DNA of 64,000 nucleotides from Tubulanus polymorphus (lineage: Eukaryota; Animalia; Nemertea): the NCBI RefSeq assembly GCF_964204645.1, contig NC_134025.1:25338299-25402298 (forward strand). The letters are read 5' to 3'. Both the position numbers and the translations under genes were made by a program. The notes beneath the pieces were generated by a model. It was not told the DNA's origin, did no database searches, and saw only the letters and a list, made by a program, of their open reading frames with translations. Within the stretch, counting starts at the first letter, position 1. Each line of letters starts with the position of its first letter. Below are positions 57,201-64,000 of this stretch, piece by piece.

Positions 57201-60200
57201 TATAGTAATCTTGACATTGGTATGAAATTGCATTCAAGTTTGTTTTCCAGAAAAATATTGTGGAAATTTGAGGATTACTATGGCAAAATCGTTTTACAAA
57301 GCATTAGATGAAATTAGGCAGAAATTATCATACAGAAATTGGCATGTCATCTCCTAGATGCTCCGGGTACTTCGATGAGAAGAGTGGAGACTGGTATACA
57401 GCTATCAATGTAACTCTATGTCAGACTATCTATTCAGTAAATTAGTGTAACTGCACGAGGCAATGATGACATTACTTGGGTTTCCGGATTTCTAATCATT
57501 TCAGCATCAGAAATGATTGCCACAGTGAATTGCAGTAGAAGTGCTGTAAGACCGTCTTACAGCGAGAAAATGACTTAAAAGAAGGGAATCGGAATAGAAA
57601 TGGGTGACTGAGGTGAAAATATCAAAATATATCATTTGTATTAAAACTTACAAAATCGGCACTCGAAAACCAGTTCTTGCATTGTGTAAGGCTTTTCTAT
57701 AATTACTGAAGTTGTTTGAGGAAGACAACAGTTCTGTATATTCATTGAGAATTTTTTGTGTATCCGAAGGCAAACAAGCGTTTGTCTTAGCCAGTCGGGC
57801 TAGGGCGCTGTGACATAGTCCACCAACGACAGCCATTAACGAATTGAAATTTTGTAGTTGGTGCAACCTCTGAAAAAGAAAAGTTTACCGAACATTCAAC
57901 GCAGTAAACAAGTATCTAAAAATATATATAGGAATGATGCCAAGGCATATGGTTCACACGTAATGGGTTTTTAATGAGAACTATTTATAAGTGTTGTTTT
58001 ACAAATTGCGTTCGAGAATCTTAAGTTTTATTGGATATCATACAAAGATGATTATATACCTTCGCTACGTTTACAAATTTCACCATAACATTGGCTCTTT
58101 CCTGTGGGGTAGTCTTACTCAGCACCATACATTGTACCCATTGTGAAAGTCCATTGAATAATGATATAGACCGTGCAAGTTTAGGATTATCTTTCAGGGA
58201 GGCTTGAATTGCATAGTTGTGGAAATCTGCAAACTGATGAGAAACCAGAAAATCAGTCATATATCTGAACCCTATCTCACAGTTTAAGTTAGATAATTGA
58301 ATGATAGTCTACTCAATAAATGAAAATGAACTAAATTTGACTCAATAAGGTTTTAACCAGTGGATACAAAAGCAAAAATCACATTATGAATTTAGACACA
58401 AAGCTGAATGAAATTTAAGGACTTTATTTGAACTGAATCAACAGATTATGTCATTAACATTGACATTATTATCTGTAAGAAAACAAATCTAATTTTTCAC
58501 CTTAATTTGATTGAGACTATTTGAAATAATTTCCATACTTCAAGATAATGGGAATATGCTGAATTTATGAATTACCGTTATTCTGCGGAATGCTTTATAC
58601 TCGAGGAATGTCAGCTGTTCTGCAAGTTCATTCGGTTGTAAATGGTTAAAAACTAGCGAAGTCTTCTGGGAAAGTTTTTGCGATGGATTCCGAACAGAAA
58701 TGTGTCTCATCCAATCATACGAAGGGCTGAAAATGAACGGATTGAAGGAGTTACAAAATTGTTATTTGAAAACTGTCTTTTCTAAAGAGGGGCAGGTCCA
58801 TGATGTGCTATCCATGTGTCATGTGATACCAATTCACATGATCAAACTTGTCACTGCGGCGCTTGAATTTAATACAATATTAATGATGTTTATTCCCGAA
58901 GGGAAATTAACCGATATTTGAAACATGGCAAGTCGCATATGTTTTATGTAAAAAAATCATCACTACACTACATTTCTCATCTCATGAGAATAAGCAGCAA
59001 TATAGTTTGTATTTCTGCTTTTTTTGCCCATTATTATCACAACCAGGCACACAGACATGTTATATGAATTAGAAGAACTTACATTTTTGTCAGATCCACC
59101 AGCTCTTTTAACTGAAGTTCGTGCAGTTTAATTAGGTTCTGTACAAAGTTCGAAATGACCTGAGTAAGTTGACTGTCCATGAAAAAATGCACTGGGAAAT
59201 GATCTATCCAATATCTATATTAGAAAAGAAAAACATGTGCCGATGTTGTATGTCAAATTCGCATCAATATTATGAAATCTTTTTGACTCAATTTATTGCT
59301 AAATCGGAATGATGATTTTACCTTACAGCGTAACAGGTTTTTGTTTTGTAAAGGACTCGCGGGCAAGAATGATTTGGGTACCGATGGGAACACATGTTGA
59401 TTTCACACGGGATGCTGTCCGCATGACTGAATGTAACTAAGTTAAGGACATAAAACTAACTTTGCCTAATGATAAAACAAAGGCGAATAAAAAAACTCAT
59501 GATGGTTAATGTCATTGTGTGGGTGCCTCAACAGGATCAAGGGGTCAACTTCAAACCCTATCCATCAGGCAAAGGGTATCCACTATAACCAGTAATACAG
59601 TGTTTCCATCTACTGGCCTGATTTATGGTTGAATACATATCAGGTCCATGAGTGCCCAGTAACAGTTTGTTTCCAAAATAAACAAGGTATAACACACCTA
59701 TTTGCACCTTACTGTGTGATTGACCATAAAAGGAATTGAAATTTCCACAAAATTATAGATGTGGCCACTGGATACAGTGTTACCCTAGGCATTATATAAC
59801 TTTATGTTATAAACACTAATCCACCCCTTATACCCAACTATACACCATGCTGAGATTGTCATTCATGGAGACACCAGGAACTCTTCCCCCAGCTTGAAGT
59901 ATCATTATTGGAAGGATGTGACACTATGGTGGTTTATGGAGTTCTACCTAACATGAATTGCATAATTGATAAAAAGAAAGTTTTTGACAGTTCCTGTTAT
60001 TGTTAACACCCTCAGTTAGCATCAATAAGCTAAGACAGCAGGTCACTAGGCTGAATGGTGTACCCGGTATTTACATTATAAAATATCAAATTATCAAATC
60101 TTCCAATGTGCTTCCACGCACACTTATATAATGTTTACAAAAGGCTCAGAAAATCGAGAACATTATTTCATGTAACATGTTCCATAGATCAGACAAATAA

Positions 60201-63200
60201 TATTTTAACAAGGATGATTTCAAATATTCAAAACAGATAAATTTCCTATGTATCATACATACAATAAGTCTATAGAATCTATGGACCTCTGGAGAAATCA
60301 ACTCAAGAGAGATCACCATTCAACCAAGGCGAAATCCAATAATCCTATCTTGCTACGCTGCAATCCTATCATCTCGACTTTCAAAGTAAAGGATGTGAGC
60401 TTTTGAACTGACCAGAGACATGAACCTAAGGAGATCCCGCGTGAACATCCTCCTCATAATTACTAAGTTTGCTTGGACAACTGGCTCCGAGCGCATGAGA
60501 GCCACACGAGTGGAAAAGTCATGAGTTTCTTACAGATGCATCTCTGAACCCCGGGCTAAAAGGAGAAATAAGCTTATCGACATTTTTGTATGAAATATCC
60601 ATGACTAATCAGCCTCCAGTACCAATAAAAATTTGAGAACTAACGGTTCATCCTGTAGCGTGGACAATATTATTCATGACTCCACATAATGTTGATAGAC
60701 CTTTCATAATGAGATTATCTGGATTACTGAATGCTTTCTAATTCTCTCCCATAGGTATGGCCTGTATTTCATGCTAGTCTAATTAAAATGCAATAAATTA
60801 GTAAATACCACACGTCTGCAGTTGTCAGGCCTGCTATATCAATAGCTAAATCCCAACTGTATATATGTCACGATTTAGCGATTGTGTCATACAAGGTAAT
60901 ATTTATATATAAAGTTGCATAAAATCTTCCAGTCTTTGATTAATGGACTAATGGAGACCTTTTGCGAGTATATATTTCATCAATGGACAAATGACCTTTA
61001 CAGTAATCCATAGGGTTCTTTCTCCTGCAACAGACAACACTGCAGAATAATACCAGATCTGAACAGATAATCCTTAGAATTTGGTCTGTCGATAAATCAA
61101 TATCATGATTCAATAAATTTCAGCAAGAAATGCTGTCTGAAGTAAAATGAGGCATCGTCACGTAGGGCACTCGGTCATAACAACTGTGCAAGGGAATTAA
61201 TTAATGCAAGCAAATAACATAATAACGCTGTCAGTCAAATATGTAAACTATACTGAACATGTTGCTGAATTTTTGAGAAAATACCAGGCTTTTACATTTT
61301 CAGGAGGTAGAATCTTGTGTGTTATGTATCGCTATGGAATAAGATTAGTTTAACTACTAATATAAAACAACAATATTTGGCGGAAAGCAGTAATTATGTT
61401 AGATGAAGATATCTAGCCAAATAGATTATGGCAGATTAAGATTTTCCTGAGTCAAGGAGCTTGAATACTCTAATATTGTCTCGATGAAAACTGGTAATGT
61501 GACAGAAATAGAATAGGTCCTGATAATTCATGAACATGTCGGAAAATTAACAGAATATACAAATAATGCTCTGGAATATTAACGTACTTCACCCAAGGAC
61601 GCTGCATGTATTGACAGAAATTGTCAAATGCAGCACTCAAATACAACTTATGCTGATATTCAATATCGATGTACCAGTATCACAAAAAAAGATAGTCATC
61701 CAGGAAAAAATTCCCGACAATGAATCTTGGCCAAAAGGCTTTATAGATTCCGAGCAGGTGGTAGCAACAGTGTATATAACACATTCTCTACTGAGCGAGA
61801 ATTTTTTAATCCAATGATTATTTTATGTCAGTATTGAGATTCTGCAACGCGAAGAACCTAATGATGTTAGAGTGTAATGAAAAAAGGATTGGCACTATGC
61901 ATATTGCCATTTAACCATTCCAGTACTCTGGCTGAACTAGTCAACATTGAATATAACCAAGATATTCTATGACTTGATTAGTAGCGGCTACCTTGTCGTT
62001 AAGCACGATTTTCACAACAGCATCATTATCAAACAACACAAGAATAAAAAAAATCATTCATATATGACTCACGCTCTCTGATGGAAAATATGCGGCCAAT
62101 TGCAACTCATGAAAGGTTGTTCATAAAAGGATATAGATCAATGTATTTTTGGGCTAAATCCTCTGATGATATAAACCACTTATGCATGAGTAACAGGACA
62201 TGTGGATATTCCGTATCAGCAGCGAGCTTTCCACCATTATCTGTAAAACAAATTAATATGATTTGTCATGACATGCGCTGGTAAAATTAGTTGAGAAGCT
62301 CACTAAGCAGATGCATCTTGCTGAATACTGTCAAATTTCTTTAGCAAAACAAGCCAAGAATATTCAAGAGATTTAAAAAATACGAGCTTCAAAATGAATA
62401 TGAACATGGCATTAATAAGGATAATTCACTATTTTATTTCAGTTTCAAAAAGTTATCAAATTAGACCACATAATTAGCTGTAAATTCTCATAAGGTGGAG
62501 ACGCAACTTTTTTTCTTTTTTTATAAAGCATTCTTTGAAATTGCGATTAACTACTAACCGAAGCAGTCCATATGTTTTTCTAATAATTTCTCGATGGTTG
62601 CAGCTCGGACTGTACAGCCGGGTATGATAGGTCTATCCTCGGGAAGATAAACCACATCCATGCCTATTTCATTGCTTGTACCTTGACTTAACTGCGGGGA
62701 AGTATTTGACGGGACCATGCGCGGAGGTATCGTGTCCATTCTCGGAAATTTCATCGCTTTCGGACTACCAGGATGATCTGAAAATTACCATTCAACATAA
62801 AAAATACTTTTCAATGCAGATTGCCTAGGCTTATAAATTACATGACATTACACAAATGTAAACAACATGAAAATTGATTATATTCATTTATACAAGATGG
62901 CATCTGGTCGTATGCAACTAGTTTGTATGATTTCCTTGAGATGTTAGAGTTACACAAGCATGAAATCTCTAGTGCCTCAATCTGGTCACATCTGTGCTCA
63001 AAAATCTGTCTAAATGACAAGGCGAATTTGTGAATAGATATTTTTTAAAGAATTCATTATGAAGATTACTTACATCGTTACTTGAAATAATCGTAATCGT
63101 GTGTTTAAAACTGGCGAAATTTATAGTATATTTTGTGCAAAACATATCAACTATATATGACTAAACAGATGGCCACATAATGTTCCAACGTGGTCTGTCT

Positions 63201-63733
63201 GTCAGCTGTATCATCAACACAATGCATGTAACATCAGCAATATCTGGTATAAATATCAATATAACACAGTCCCGTGCAATATTAATTCATTTCATCCAAC
63301 GCATGGGCATCAAGTTCAGAACCATTCTAATTTAACAATGATAGCCGTGCATGCTCCATTAATTAGAGCTAATGTAATGGTCTCTGGGAAATTGCTGTAA
63401 AAATTTATGAGTGGTAATGCTGATCAGAAATAAACAAACCATTCCACCTAATTGAGATAACACACAGCTACTTTAATGCATATATGAATTGCAAAACAAA
63501 TTTTGAAATATGAATTCTTTTTTGTACGGAATAAAACAGTGTTCAGCGATGATGTAACCAGACGCCATTTGACAATTTTGGCCGATACCTGAATGGCGAC
63601 CAATTTTCTCATCTTGACTGGATGAACGAAGCGATCTCAGAGGACTTCCAATTCGTTGTCTGGATATTTTAGGACTGTTCGATTTGGAATTATTGCCTCC
63701 ATGAATCGGCTGATGTTTTGGGCTACCAGACAT
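54277..63733 (-). CDS. RASGRP: RAS guanyl-releasing protein (RasGRP/CalDAG-GEF): REM, CDC25 GEF, 2 EF-hands, C1, coiled-coil tail; 826 aa from ATG 63733, possibly longer
   Basis: Exons (minus strand) 63744/63733-63589, 62777-62559, 62240-62135, 59432-59322, 59214-59083, 58726-58576, 58233-58060, 57869-57652, 56727-56550, 56271-56191, 56114-56013, 55904-55789, 55713-55575, 55496-55346, 54905-54619 and 54447-54277 have consistent phases. Motifs: [71 protein letters not shown] loops [12 protein letters not shown] and [12 protein letters not shown], and C1 [17 protein letters not shown]...C. Confidence 0.95.
59433..62134 (-). other. U12-type (minor spliceosome) AT-AC intron of RasGRP, 2702 nt
   Basis: The 5' splice site |ATATCCTTTT begins at 62134. 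The branch point TCCTTAAC (59448-59441) is followed by ttagttAC| ending at 59433. Joining gives the in-frame peptide ...QKYIDL|FSHAD... Confidence 0.92.
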
Positions 63734-64000
63734 ATTTACATGCCCTGTAAGAGTGAAAGAATGAAAATCGTTACCAGTAACAATATTTGACTCACGTCCG
63801 TCAAAGCTTCATAAAAAAGAAACAATTTCAACGTTCATTAGTTCTAACGTCAATGTCTATGACTCCTCCCTAATCATGACCAGCAGGCCTATACATATAC
63901 TTCCAATGTCACATTTAAGTACTAATGTCTGGCCACTACACAAAACTTATATATACAAAATGAATTATATACCAACTCCGCAAACAATTTTGCACACATC

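Noticed and set aside
57543-57563. Perfect palindrome gctgtaagac-c-gtcttacagc in a RasGRP intron
   Set aside because: Too short to assign, and no Helitron CTRR end or other supporting context.

Overview
AT-rich, intron-rich animal genomic DNA. The two miR-1992 hairpins point to a lophotrochozoan/spiralian invertebrate (inference). I reconstructed four protein-coding genes exon by exon with consistent splice phases: the 3' end of DEDD (+, 1-655), MRPL10 (-, 2227-3677), hyccin/FAM126 (+, 5465-48170, 11 coding exons, two introns of 12.8 and 15.9 kb) and a RasGRP/CalDAG-GEF (-, 54277-63733 or further upstream, 16 coding exons in the window). Several elements are not visible in the ORF track. A tandem pair of miR-1992 hairpins with identical mature arms lies in hyccin intron 4, and an 8mer site for that miRNA sits in the putative 3' UTR of the convergent RasGRP. 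RasGRP has a U12 AT-AC intron followed by an exon carrying a Cys/His-rich insertion in the REM domain. Hyccin has a candidate 27-nt microexon and several RFX X-box-like motifs in its introns. Both convergent genes end in T-E-V PDZ-binding motifs. Several MITE families, a LINE 3' end and long (TA)n tracts are also present. Gene and miRNA identities come from recall of family sequences, not from database searches.
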